Origin: Eledone cirrhosa | Taxonomy: Eukaryota | Reading direction: 5' to 3' | Length of the DNA stretch: 64,000 nucleotides | Assembly (NCBI GenBank): GCA_964016885.1 | Contig: OZ024740.1 | Span: 166,594,001-166,658,000, forward strand | In this document: positions 38,497 to 49,859 of the stretch, one piece after another | Layout: each line of letters starts with the position of its first letter | Position numbering within the stretch: the first letter of the stretch is position 1 | Translations under genes and position numbers: made by a program | Notes under the pieces: model-generated | What the model saw: only the letters and a program-made list of their open reading frames with translations | What the model was told of the DNA's origin: nothing | Databases searched by the model: none

Positions 38497-39454
38497 ATAT
38501 ATATATATATATATATAGCGGAGGAGAAAGTACATGAGGTAATTAGAAATGGAAAAAGAGTAATAATAATAATCTATAATTCATAGTGTATAATAAGGCA
38601 TGGGAAATATTACAGTATAATAAGGTATAAAAGTACGAATAAGGTAAAATATAAAGGAGGATAAGAGTGGAAATAATAAAGATAAAAAAATAAAGATAAA
38701 AAAAAATATATAGAGAATATATAAAGAAATATAAGCGAATATTTGGAGGTGAAAACACAATGTAAAAAAACCGATTTTTTCAAATAATAATAAAAATATA
38801 ATAATTATGGGGGGAGAAAACGGGATAGAGAAATATGATCAAGTGTGATTAGTTGAGAGAATATAAGATGATAATAGTTATTTCAAGTTTATACATCTTA
38901 ATAATAAATAATCTGTGTATCAGAGTTGCAGAACCTTCAATTCACTTACGGGTTCAAGCCATGTGGCATGGTCTATTGTTTATTTGTGCGGTCATGTGCG
39001 TTTGTTTTTGACACCACAGCAGATGCACAAGTTCGTAAATTCCAATGCAGATAGAAATCTATTTTTGCTCACCCGGACATTGACGGAGGATCCAATATTC
39101 CTAGTTCAATATGATTTTGGTGTTATTTTGGTCGCACAAATCAATCACTTGGTTCAATATATGGAGTATGGTTTTCTGGTCTTCGTAACAGTGTCAGTGG
39201 TTGTATATCTGGAAATCACAAGGATCACAGTACTCCGGTTTGGTGTGATTATCGGTCATTCAGCTATGTTGTTGGTGGTTGGATTCAAATCTATTCGCCC
39301 GAGCGTTGAACTTTGGTGTCGATAGGACATTAACGAGGCAGGGTGAGATCGCATCTGTGGTACAAAACGGTACGCAAGGAAATTCTTCGTCTTCGTTTCA
39401 TCCCGGTCCAGCAGTCACGTGCAAGAACCGCTACGTAATAATTGTGGGGTTAAT

Positions 39455-39768
39455 CGGTCAAGTCAGCAACTGACCGAAAATTCAGGCAGGCACGACAGGC
39501 ACATTTAGGTCGGCAGCTTCTTTATGTGTACGTGTGTCCGACACACACAGACACATATTTATATGTATTTCAACTAAAAAAACTCAAATGATTCACCCAC
39601 TGGTACTACAATTGGTCAAGACAGCAACTGGTCGATAATTCCCTTAGGAATTCAGACAGGCATGACAGGTATATTTAGGTCAACAGCTTCTTTATGTGTA
39701 CGTGTGTCCGATACACACAGACACATATCCATATGTATTTCAACTCAAAAAATTCAGTTGATTCCCCT
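39455..39768. repeat. Diverged direct duplication (about 160-bp unit)
   Basis: GGTCAAG.CAGCAACTG...CAGCTTCTTTATGTGTACGTGTGTCCGA..ATGTATTTCAACT at about 39455 and 39614. Confidence 0.85.
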
Positions 39769-39934
39769 ATTGATATTATATCTGTGTTGCTCGGATATGC
39801 ATGCTGTGGTGTTCTGGTCGTGCATAGCATTCACTGTGTTTTGCCATTACCTTGGAATGTGATGTTATGGTCATCAATAGTCCGGCAAGCGCATTTCGCT
39901 CTTATATTGCGGAGAAATATATATATATATATAT

Positions 39935-40230
39935 ATATGAGAGTATGTATAGTATATTTGGCAATATACCGTATGTTTAATTAAACACATTTAGAAGAGC
40001 ATTCGCCATTAGTTTTAAAGTAGTGACTATGTCATTTACTGATATTTTCGGCAAAGGCTTGCAGAATGGCTGACAACTGTTTCCCGCTGCTTGGCGTTTA
40101 TCAAAGCCCCGCTATCACCTGCCTTTGCCGAAAATTATAGATGGTGGATTCCAGTAATAAATCAGGAGCTGATTACAAAGAGCGATTGCCGGTCCAGCAA
40201 AAATTAGGTACTAGTATTGGTGCTCTGATA
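39935..40230 (-). mobile_element. Short PLE-type terminal repeat with a decayed HHR
   Basis: Minus strand GGCT-TTGATAA-ACGC..GCGG-GAAAC-AGTT-GTC-AGCC (40068-40108) inside outer stem 40045-40058/40121-40134. Flanked by (TA)n and homologous to the 15.3-kb palindrome. Confidence 0.6.
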
Positions 40231-40519
40231 TATATATATATATATTGTTATACTTGGGGAGGGTCATATTTGTGTAATATTGCCAGAATTAATAACAGAA
40301 CACACTCACTGTTTGGTTGGTTTTCGCTTCTCGCTGTCTTTTATATCTGCGATCTAACTTACTCGGTCCTCAATGTTGCCATTGACTGACCGACGGTCAA
40401 AAATAATACAGATACAATATAGACACAAACACATATATATAGTTTACATAATTTACATAAATCTTTCGTTGCACATCTGCAACATCGTCAGTGGTGTTAT
40501 ATTTTTTTGTTTTCTGTTA

Positions 40520-43500
40520 TATAAAAACTACAATAACAACAGAACAAATCCGCTCCTTAAAACACAGTGTTTCCTCCAAAACATACACAACAAACATATC
40601 AAAACAAGAAAATAATTTATTATTGAACAAAACACAAGCCGAACGACTAAAACACACAATAACAGTTAATATGAAAAGAACAACATACACAAAAGTCAAC
40701 GCACTCTACAGATAGAAACGCATTAACGGTAAGGAAATCCGAAATCTTATCACAGCAAACGAGAGAGATAACTTCATGAGCGTCATCCGACGCGAAACGA
40801 AATACGCTCGAAACTAATGCAATAGGCACTTCAAGAAGAAATTAGAATGGATGAATAAGAAAAAACTACAAGAAAGGAAAATCGAATATTCTCAAAAATA
40901 CCCAGATAACATTGACAATATCCGTATGACTGATGTAAAACTACCGGAAGAATTCACCAAAGACCAATCAGTGAACAAGAACAACAAATCCTACGGTTAC
41001 CACCAAAATTTGCCATCTACAAAAAGATTAACCCTATGGAGTGCAAAACGGAGCTGGAAAAGTGTTTCACAAAAATACGTTGGAATGCAAAGGTAAACAA
41101 CAACAACAACAATAATAACGGTAGTAGTAATATAAACAAAAACTCTTGGTATAGAAATAACAGCCATAACCATAACAATGGCAGGAAAGTGAGAAATAGT
41201 GATAATGGTAATAATACTAGCGATAGACAGAACAACAACAACCACAATAATAATAATAATAGAAACATTAACCACAGACACAGCAACAGCGACCACAGTA
41301 GTAATAACGGTAACAATACGAACAACAATAACAATAACCACAGTGGTAATAATGGAAATAGTTCATGTAGCAACATCAACAAAAACAAGAAACATAATAA
41401 TAGTAACAACCACAATGGTAGAAATAACAGTAACAACAACAACAATAACGGTGAAGTAAACAACAATACATCTAGCAATCATAACAATAATAATAATGCT
41501 AATGATAGAAACAACAACAACCACCCTGATAACAACAATAGCAACACACACAACTATGACGATAGATATAATGACAACCCCTTAGAGAAACTAGTTTTCA
41601 ACCCAGCTGACAAAACATATAAGATGAGTAATATCTATCCTACGAGGTTACCCTTTAATAAAAGAGTTTGCATACCACAGCAAATAGATGACGAGACGGA
41701 GGCACAGTTCACCATAGCTAGAAATAAGATTAGATAAGTAGTAGACAGGTATACTAAGAGACAGAGCAGACCAGAGGCCCAACAACTTGAGAGGAAACCT
41801 GTAGAAGGCTTGGTTAGCCTCAAGCAGCGCACAAGGGATGGTGAGGTAGTGTGTCTACCCACAGATAAGTCTGGTAGGATGTCAATAGATAGCATGCCGA
41901 ACTACATCGAGGCTATGCAACCCCACATCACCAACACGAACAAAGTTGCACAACAAACACACGATGGGAGAGAAAAAATCCTCAACGCTCACATGATGAT
42001 GTGGACTGACATCCTAAAGCCAAGCAGACGCACTGCCAACAACTTCCAGGCGTCTAACAATGGCATACCACCCTTGTATGGGCTCCGCAAAGACCACAAG
42101 ACAGTCGACGACCCGACAACAGGACCACCAACAAGACCCGTATGCGGAGCTAATATAGCTAGCAACTACAGGATCTCCTACTTCCTCTCAATGGTTATAC
42201 GCCCCATAATCAAGATGTCCCCAGATATATGTGAAAGTACAGAGGACCTCCTCAGCAGAATCAGTGAGTGCAACAAAAACAGGAGCCTATCCAACTGCAT
42301 AATAGGCAGTATGGATGTGGTGTCACTGTACCAATCCATTAACATTGATTTTGCTGTGAAAAGATGTGTGGAGATGATCATTGAGAGTGAGGTGGAGTTC
42401 TGCGACGTCGACACAGACGAACTGGGCCTCCTACTTAGACTTACCTACGACACTGACTACCTAGACAGCTATGACCTTAGATGTTTCTGCCCTAGTAGAC
42501 CTACAAGAGGTAGACACCCCACCATAACCTCAATGGCAAACAAGACTCCCATGGGAAGGTGGATTGGGTGGGCCAAAGCTATACGGACCCCCCAAAACAA
42601 TGATCAGGTAAGAAAAATGGTCGCACATGCAATAGGGGCTAGTATCAAAACTACCCTAAAGGGCCACATATTTAAGTTCAATGAGAAAATCTACACCCAA
42701 AATTAGGGAGCAGCCATCGGCGTCAGCATAGCTGGTGATGTTGCCAACCTTTTCATGGTATGGTGGGAAAGGAGACTTAAAGATCTCCTTAATGAAAGCT
42801 CCATAGACCTCATCATGTACTCTCGTTATGTAGACGATATCAATATAGTTATAAGAACACCCTCATTAGAGAGCACTAACAAGTTTGATTTAGAACGTAG
42901 CACGATGGAAAGCATCCAGCAGATAGCTAATTCCATACACCAGAGTATAACTGTAACTATCGACTTCCCTTCCAAACACCCTAACAATAGACTACCTGTA
43001 TTAGACACAGAACTCTGGATTAACACTATAGACGAGAGAGCCCAAATTCTCCACTCACACTATGCTAAACCCATGGCCTCCAAATACCTGATACTCAAAA
43101 ACTCAGCAATGTCCAGTAGTGCTAAGTTTAATATTCTAATCGCAGATTTGGTACGAGTGATGAAGAATGTGTCCAGCATGTGCGACCCAACAGAATTGGA
43201 AAGACACATCCAACACTTCATCAACCGCATGCAGTTTTCTGGCTACAACCAAAGAGACAGAGTCAGAGTATACGAAGGAGCCATGGAAAAGTATAAGACC
43301 CTCATAGAACTGGACATGAAAGGAATTTGCCCATTATACAGGAGCAGATCATGGAATAGCTTAGATAGGGCTAGACATAAGATAGGGAAGGCCACATCAT
43401 GGTACGACAACCAGAGATATCAGAGTGTCATGTTTGTGGACGCCACCCCTGGAGGGAAATTAGCTAACCAGTGTAGAAAGGCCCTGAGAAAGACCCACTT

Positions 43501-43983
43501 AAAAATAAAGGTGGCAGAAAAGCCAGGAACCACCATAAAATCCCTGATCAGCAAAACCTACCCTTTTAAGAAAACCCACTGTACCAATAGGAAATGTATC
43601 ATATGTAAGGTGAACCCCCGGATAAACTGTAAAACTAGAAACGTAGTCTATAGCATAAGATGTACAGAGGGCACTTGCAGAAACATGACAACAACATACA
43701 TAGGTGACACAGCTCGTAGCATAGGTGAAAGGATAGACCAACACTGGGGGAACTAAAAGGACGAAAAAACGGGTCAGTACTATACGAACATGCTAGACAA
43801 TAACATGACGGTAACATAGACAACATAGAAATTAGAATAATATCTAAACATAGGAATGACCCAGCAGATAGGCAAATCAGAGAGGCCAGTGAAATAGAAA
43901 TTAGAAGACCAAAGCTAAACAGAAAGAATGAGTGGAACAACAACAACACCCAAACAAACAACACTGACCTAAGAGAAGTATAA
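40520..43983 (+). pseudogene. PLE polyprotein (RT + Cys linker + GIY-YIG) with several stops and a frameshift
   Basis: LPPKFA, LPTDKSG, PPLYGLRKDHK, PTRPVC, GSMDVVSLY, QN*GAAIG, YSRYVDDI, LPVLD, CTNRKCIIC..C, VVYSIRC..YIGDTARSIGER, LNRKNEW. Confidence 0.92.
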
Positions 43984-44249
43984 ATAAGTAAATAAAATAA
44001 AATAAAATAAGATAAATAAATACATACACAAGCACAATAACAACAAGCACATAAACACACACTAGTCACCCAGCAAACACAACACTATACACACTAGTCA
44101 CACAGCAAACATAACACTATACACACACGCAAACGCATGCGCAAAGAAGACAAAATAAAATAAACAAACAAGCAAATAAATAAATAAATATATAGACAGA
44201 CTGAATAAAAAATGGCCTAGACATACAACACAACAGGAGGAAAAAATAT

Positions 44250-44320
44250 AACACCACTGACGATGTTGCAGATGTGCAACGAAAGATTTATGTAAATTAT
44301 GTAAACTATATATATGTGTT
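44250..44320 (+). ncRNA. Hammerhead-like motif in the PLE pLTR
   Basis: CTGACGA-T-GTTGCA-GATG-TGCAAC-GAAAG: core and stem II are clear; stems I/III are weak. Copies on the minus strand at about 40463-40491 and 14305-14333. Confidence 0.5.
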
Positions 44321-44543
44321 TGTGTCTATATTGTATCTGTATTATTTTTGACCGTCGGTCAGTCAATGGCAACATTGAAGACCGAGTAAGTTAGATCGCA
44401 GATATAAAAGACAGCGAGAAGCGAAAACCAACCAAACAGTGTGTGTGTTCTGTTATTAATTCTGGCAATATTACACAAATATGACCCTCCCCGAGTATAA
44501 CAATATTTGTTTCGACACACGGCTTCATATAAAAACCTCGCTA

Positions 44544-44583
<40 letters not shown>

Positions 44584-46002
44584 ACATGTGTGTGTGTGTG
44601 GGGGGGGGGGGGGGTTAGATGTTACTTTGCAGATATAAATTTACATATCTGTCGAGATGTAGAAAAAGACTCTGCCGCCGTCATCTTGACTGTCCCCTGA
44701 GCTGATCGATATCGAAACTATTCTAATATATAAATAAAATGTGTACATTTGCTGCAACACTGACTTTGATTTTATTTAATCTATTTACACTTTGCACACT
44801 ACAGCCGTCTCAACTCTGTAATACAACCCACAACAGATGGAACTCGTAACAGCACTGAGTGCTTCAAACGAGGCATCGCCTGTAACTGTAGTTACCTACC
44901 TAACTTTGGACAGTCATCAAATTGGAAATCTTTCGTCACATTTGATATATGAAGTCTGCTCTATAATCTGATAATGTCGATGAAGTCTCGATGAATTGCT
45001 CGATGAATTGCTTTCCTGTAGGAGGTTTAGTTCTTCAGGCTCTCAGGTAAAGTTTGGTTGACAAAATCTGTGAGAAAAAAAAAACAGCGCAGTTGTTTTT
45101 TTTAGAGGTTTAATAATTTGATGTGCCATCACCTGTTAAAAATTACGTTGTTATATGAGGGATATTTTACTGTTAGTTATAGCATACTGATTACCAAGTA
45201 AGTTGCCCACTTATAGCTGAAAAGGTTTGATTCAGTACACTAGGTGCACAACGGTCATTCGAGATGCGGTGTTGTATCTTATTGCGTCACAAATCTATAA
45301 TGCCTGAATTCGATTATAAGTCTCGGTAGTAACCTGTATTTTTCGATTTGAAAGAATATTTCAAATGTGAATATTTCATATCTCAGGGGTGATGTTTATT
45401 CAATAATTTAAAGGCAACTGCATGCTACACAGAACAATTGAAAATATATCATATAAAATGTTTGTAACATTGCTTATAACATATCTCATATATGATGGCA
45501 TTTACACCACAGTAACATCTATGCATAATAAATGAATCAAAGTCTGGTACTAACCCTCCCATAGAGGGTTGATAATAGTTGTTTATTTTTGTTGTGAACA
45601 AACCTATTTATTAGTGATAGGAAAACAATCAGTAAAATGCATCCCAAAATAATAGTGATATTTATTTTATCAACCCTATGCAGTGAACTTTGACACTGAT
45701 AGCATTTAAATTCACTTCGCATTATTATAATAATATTATTATGCTTTGTATATATTGATTGTCAAATGTTGAGGCTGACACCGTTGTGAGATCATGACTA
45801 CTGTTACTTCTCCAGTAACTTATATAAAGTGACAACAAACAGGCAATACCTCCGAGTCATTGTATCACCCCAAGTTAACTTAATCCTTTTCTTTTCTTAC
45901 ACACGGCTTAACATAGAATAGAAACACAATATCATCGCATCCGTTATACATTTTTTTATTATATTTCTGATTTTGGCTGCATACAATCTTCCATTGGCAT
46001 TT

Positions 46003-46070
<68 letters not shown>

Positions 46071-46076
46071 CTATTC

Positions 46077-46933
46077 TCCTCTATGTTGAGAAAAAAATTT
46101 GGTCGTTCCGACTGCTGCTAGTGACAGTGGTGGCCGTTTGACCTACCTCCCTCTGCCTCTATCTTTACTTCGGCCCTTGAAAAAATTGATTCCACTTCAT
46201 TTACTCTCATCTCGGGAACAGTTTTGGATAGCGTTAGTTCGTAATTTAAATTCAAGAATTTTATATTCTTCGAATGAAAAGAACATTCTGACGAGAATCT
46301 TTCTTTGCAACGAAGGCCGTATGGTCTCCGTTTATTTTTGAGATTCGAAACCGATTCGGTAAAGGTAACTATAGTAAGTCAAGTCAATTTTTTAAAATTT
46401 ATTTTGAAACTTTTTCATTATTTGCTAAACCTGATTATATATGTTCTGGCTCGTTAATTTATTAACCTGCCATTGAACCACATTGGCATATGGTTGGACA
46501 ATACATGTGTCCCTTAGCGCTTTGTGCGTGTAGGAACACATATCCTATTATTAATATACTCCTCTATTTTGAGAAAAAAATTTGGTCGTTCCGACTGCTG
46601 CTAGTGATAGTGGTGACCGTTTGACCTACCTCCCTCTGCCTCTATCTTTACTTCGGCCCTTGAAAAAAATTGATTCCACTTCATTTACTCTCATCTCGGG
46701 AACAGTTTTGGATAGCGCTAGTTCGTAAGTTCGTAATTTAAGTTCAAGAATTTTATATTCTTCGAATGAAAAGAATCTTCTGACGAGAATCTTTCTTTGC
46801 AACGAAGGCCGTATGGTCTCCGTTTATTTTTGAGATTCGAAACCGATTCGGTAAAGGTAACTATAGTAAGTAAAGTCAATTTTTTAAAATTTATTTTGAA
46901 ACTTTTTCATTATTTGCTAAACCTGATTATATA
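46077..46933 (+). repeat. Tandem ~490-bp non-coding unit (about 1.75 copies), one HHR per unit
   Basis: 46077-46443 is repeated at 46559-46933 at high identity; flanked by (CA)n/(TA)n. Confidence 0.9.
46775..46858 (+). ncRNA. Type I hammerhead ribozyme with a large stem-II loop
   Basis: ATCTT-CTGACGA-GAATCT-[40 nt]-AGATTC-GAAA-CCG-ATT-CGG-TA|AAGGT. Second copy at 46283-46366 has a weaker stem I. Confidence 0.75.
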
Positions 46934-46942
46934 TATATATAT

Positions 46943-47929
46943 AAACGGAAAAAATGAAACGAAATGTCATTTCTCACTCGTAGTACGGGTGTTACTTAAA
47001 TATAAGTATGTATACGTACATACACATATGTATACAGTCGTACAGTAGTATGTATGTATATATACATACATGCACACATATATATATATGTACGTATGGA
47101 TTCACCGATCATTTATTATAATGCTCGGTGTGTTTGTAAACAGACATCCCGAATTAAGCCGTACAGTGTCTAGCAACCATCGTTGCTCATTTGTTCAACA
47201 CTGACAAAGGAACGCTGTACTGGTTTCAAGCTTATTAGCTATCGTCAACCATCTGGCAAGAAGGTATACGTTGCTGACCATAGCTAATAAGCTTGAAACT
47301 AGTACAGCGTTCCTTTGTCAGTGTTGAACAAATGAGCAACGATGGTTGCTAGACACAGTACGGCTTAATTCGGGATGTTTGTTTACAAACACACCGAGCA
47401 TTATAATAAATGTTCGGTGAATCCATACGTACATATATATATGCGTGCATATATATATATACATACTATTGTATGTCTGTATACATATATGTATGTGCGT
47501 ATACATACTTATATTTAAGTAACAGCCGTACTAAGAGTGAGAAATAAAATTTCGTTTCATTTTTTCCGTTTATCGTTTTCGATACCCTGGCCGATTAACT
47601 CACTCGATATGCAAATTAGGCTGCTCAGCCGTTAATATGCATAAGGAAAGTATATACTTTCAGACGTTCAACCATCTGGCAGGAAGGTATACGTTGCTGA
47701 CGATAGCTAATAAGCTTGAAACTAGTACAGCGTTCCTTTATCAATGTTGATCAAATGAGCAATGATGGTTGCTAGACACTGTACGGCTTAATTCGGGATG
47801 TTTGTTTACAAACACACCGAGTATTATAATAAATGTTCGGTGAATCCATACATACATATATATATATGTGTGCATGAATGTATATATATATACATACTAC
47901 TGTACGTCTGTATACATATATGTATGTAC

Positions 47930-47930
<1 letters not shown>
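46943..47930 (+). mobile_element. Non-coding PLE/retrozyme-like element: inverted partial unit plus tandem 423-bp units
   Basis: 46943-47247 is the reverse complement of about 47275-47572. Direct units start at 47246 and 47669 (CAACCATCTGGCA). HHR in each unit. Confidence 0.85.
47691..47733 (+). ncRNA. Minimal type I hammerhead ribozyme
   Basis: ACGTTG-CTGACGA-T-AGCT-AATA-AGCT-T-GAAAC-TA-GTA|CAGCGT, with palindromic ACTAGT stem III. The copy at 47268-47310 has CTGACCA (G8C). Confidence 0.85.
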
Positions 47931-48006
<76 letters not shown>

Positions 48007-48007
<1 letters not shown>

Positions 48008-48160
48008 CGAAGGAAATGTGGTAAGGAACCAGGTGGACCATAACGCACTAAAGTACTCAATACTTAGGGTAGTAGAGTGGGTAATAGGAACAAGTAAGAC
48101 CCCGTCGGCTGAGCTCAAGCCGTTTCGACTTGAGCTCAGCCGTCGGGGTCTTACTTGTTC
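48007..48160 (-). mobile_element. Fold-back micro-PLE insertion
   Basis: Minus-strand relative of 14938-15108, with inverted arm GAACAAGTAAGACCCCG..GAGCTCAAG / CTTGAGCTC..CGGGGTCTTACTTGTTC. Confidence 0.72.
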
Positions 48161-48191
<31 letters not shown>

Positions 48192-48196
48192 CACAA

Positions 48197-48487
48197 GGAG
48201 GCACATGGCTTAGTGGTTAGAGCATTGGCCTTGCAATCGAAAGTTTGTGAGTTCAATTCTCAGACCGGGCAATGTGTTGTTTCCTTGAGCAAGACACTTT
48301 ATTTCACATTGCTCCAGTTTACTCATCTGTAGAGTGGTCGTGCAGGTGCCACGGCAAAAAGAACCCAACACTCACTGTAAATGAGGTTGGTGTTAGGAAG
48401 GGCATCCCGCTGTAGAAATCAAGCCAGAATCAGTTCCCGTCTTACCCTTGCAAGCAGGGAAAAGCGTACGTAAAATAATGATGATGT

Positions 48488-48490
<3 letters not shown>
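48197..48490 (+). mobile_element. tRNA-derived SINE, family B
   Basis: A-box TGGCTTAGTGG, B-box GAGTTCAATTCT, CCTTGAGCAAGACACTTT, tail ..GTTAGGAAGGGCATCC..(ATG)n. Confidence 0.85.
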
Positions 48491-48538
<48 letters not shown>

Positions 48539-49149
48539 GGTGTGTGTGCATACCACCATGTGATAACGTGTGATGAGAAAAAAATCATATTAAAGAGGTT
48601 CTAGTGGTAATAATAGTTCAGACAGTCTCGACTCTTAAAAGGAAATATGTGTTCTTCCTTTCGTTTATAAACAATGCCGAATATATAACAAGAATTGAAT
48701 ATCTACGTGTTATGGAGTAATATAGGGTGAGAGGTGAGGTGCATTGTCGGAAATCTATGTCAATACTATTACCATACAAAATGAAGACAAATCTAATATG
48801 AATCAGACTTGTTCTTGATAAATGACCATGATAATGAGCAAAATTGAAAGAAAATGAAATAATCTAAGGGGACAGAAATAAATAAATAAATAAAAGAGAA
48901 CATTATCGCGATGACATTATAACAGATTGATTCCAGTTGCAAAACACAATAATGTCATGTTCGCGCGAGCGTGTAAGTATATATATGTGCGTATGTGTTA
49001 TGTGCATGTGTATGTTTGTGTGGTCAAACTGAGTGTTGTTAAAGAAGAATGAAATTTATTTTAGGCGAGTTAGCGACATGATTAAAGGAAAGTGACAATT
49101 GCTGTTATTATGGTAGCTTTGTTTCATATTGCTATCGTTATTATTTATT

Positions 49150-49185
<36 letters not shown>

Positions 49186-49859
49186 ACGCCAAAGGTGACG
49201 TTGTGACGTTGAAAGTATTTAAATGTTCCCTTTTTTCAGGATGTGAATGTTGGGGAAAATACATGAATATTTGCAAAGGTAGATGGGAGAGTAGGTAAAA
49301 GTCACTGAGTGCTTATTTCGGAGGAATAGTTGTGACAGGTGGTGATTTTTGATGTTAACAGTGTTACATGTCGAAATGGCAATGCTGGTGGTTGCGGTGT
49401 TGACATTAATAGGTGTTGAATGACAAAAATGGTGATGACTAACCTTGCTATTTTTATTGTTGGTGATGTTGTTAAGCGCCAATTCTTAGTTGATGATGTA
49501 GACACATGATCAAAGGCATTTCTCCGCAAAAATCGAGTAGAATACCTTTCCCAATTTAGTCTATGATGTACGAAGTAAACTTGTCTCCATATCTACCAGG
49601 GAGTACATTACCCAACATCATATCTTTTGTATCCACGGGTCTCTAATAATTGCACCCCACTCCACACACTTATTACTTTCTCAGATCCCCAACCCACGCC
49701 TATTAAATTTTGTTAATCTATCTCCGGCGAAATTTTATTTTGAGTGGTTTCATTCCTGCAACAATTAATATTCTTTATACATTAAACACATTATACATGA
49801 CAAAAGAACCTAGATTACTAGAAATCCCATACGTTATTATATAAATCGGATGGGCTGAT

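Larger units (their letters stand above)
40245..44548 (+). mobile_element. Neptune-type Penelope-like element, near full-length, with inverted 5' pLTR
   Basis: 40245-40506 is the reverse complement of 44241-44503; the 3' copy has an extra ~45-bp tail. Long RT + GIY-YIG frame; flanked by (TA)n. Confidence 0.92.

Noticed and set aside
38900-39330. Possible coding remnant (ORF 38915-39325 or minus-strand LINE C-terminus)
   Set aside because: No diagnostic motif, and several stops in the minus frame.
44690-44740. CCCTGAGCTGATCGATATCGAAAC followed by AATAAA
   Set aside because: It resembles a PLE end, but core spacing and stems do not fit an HHR.
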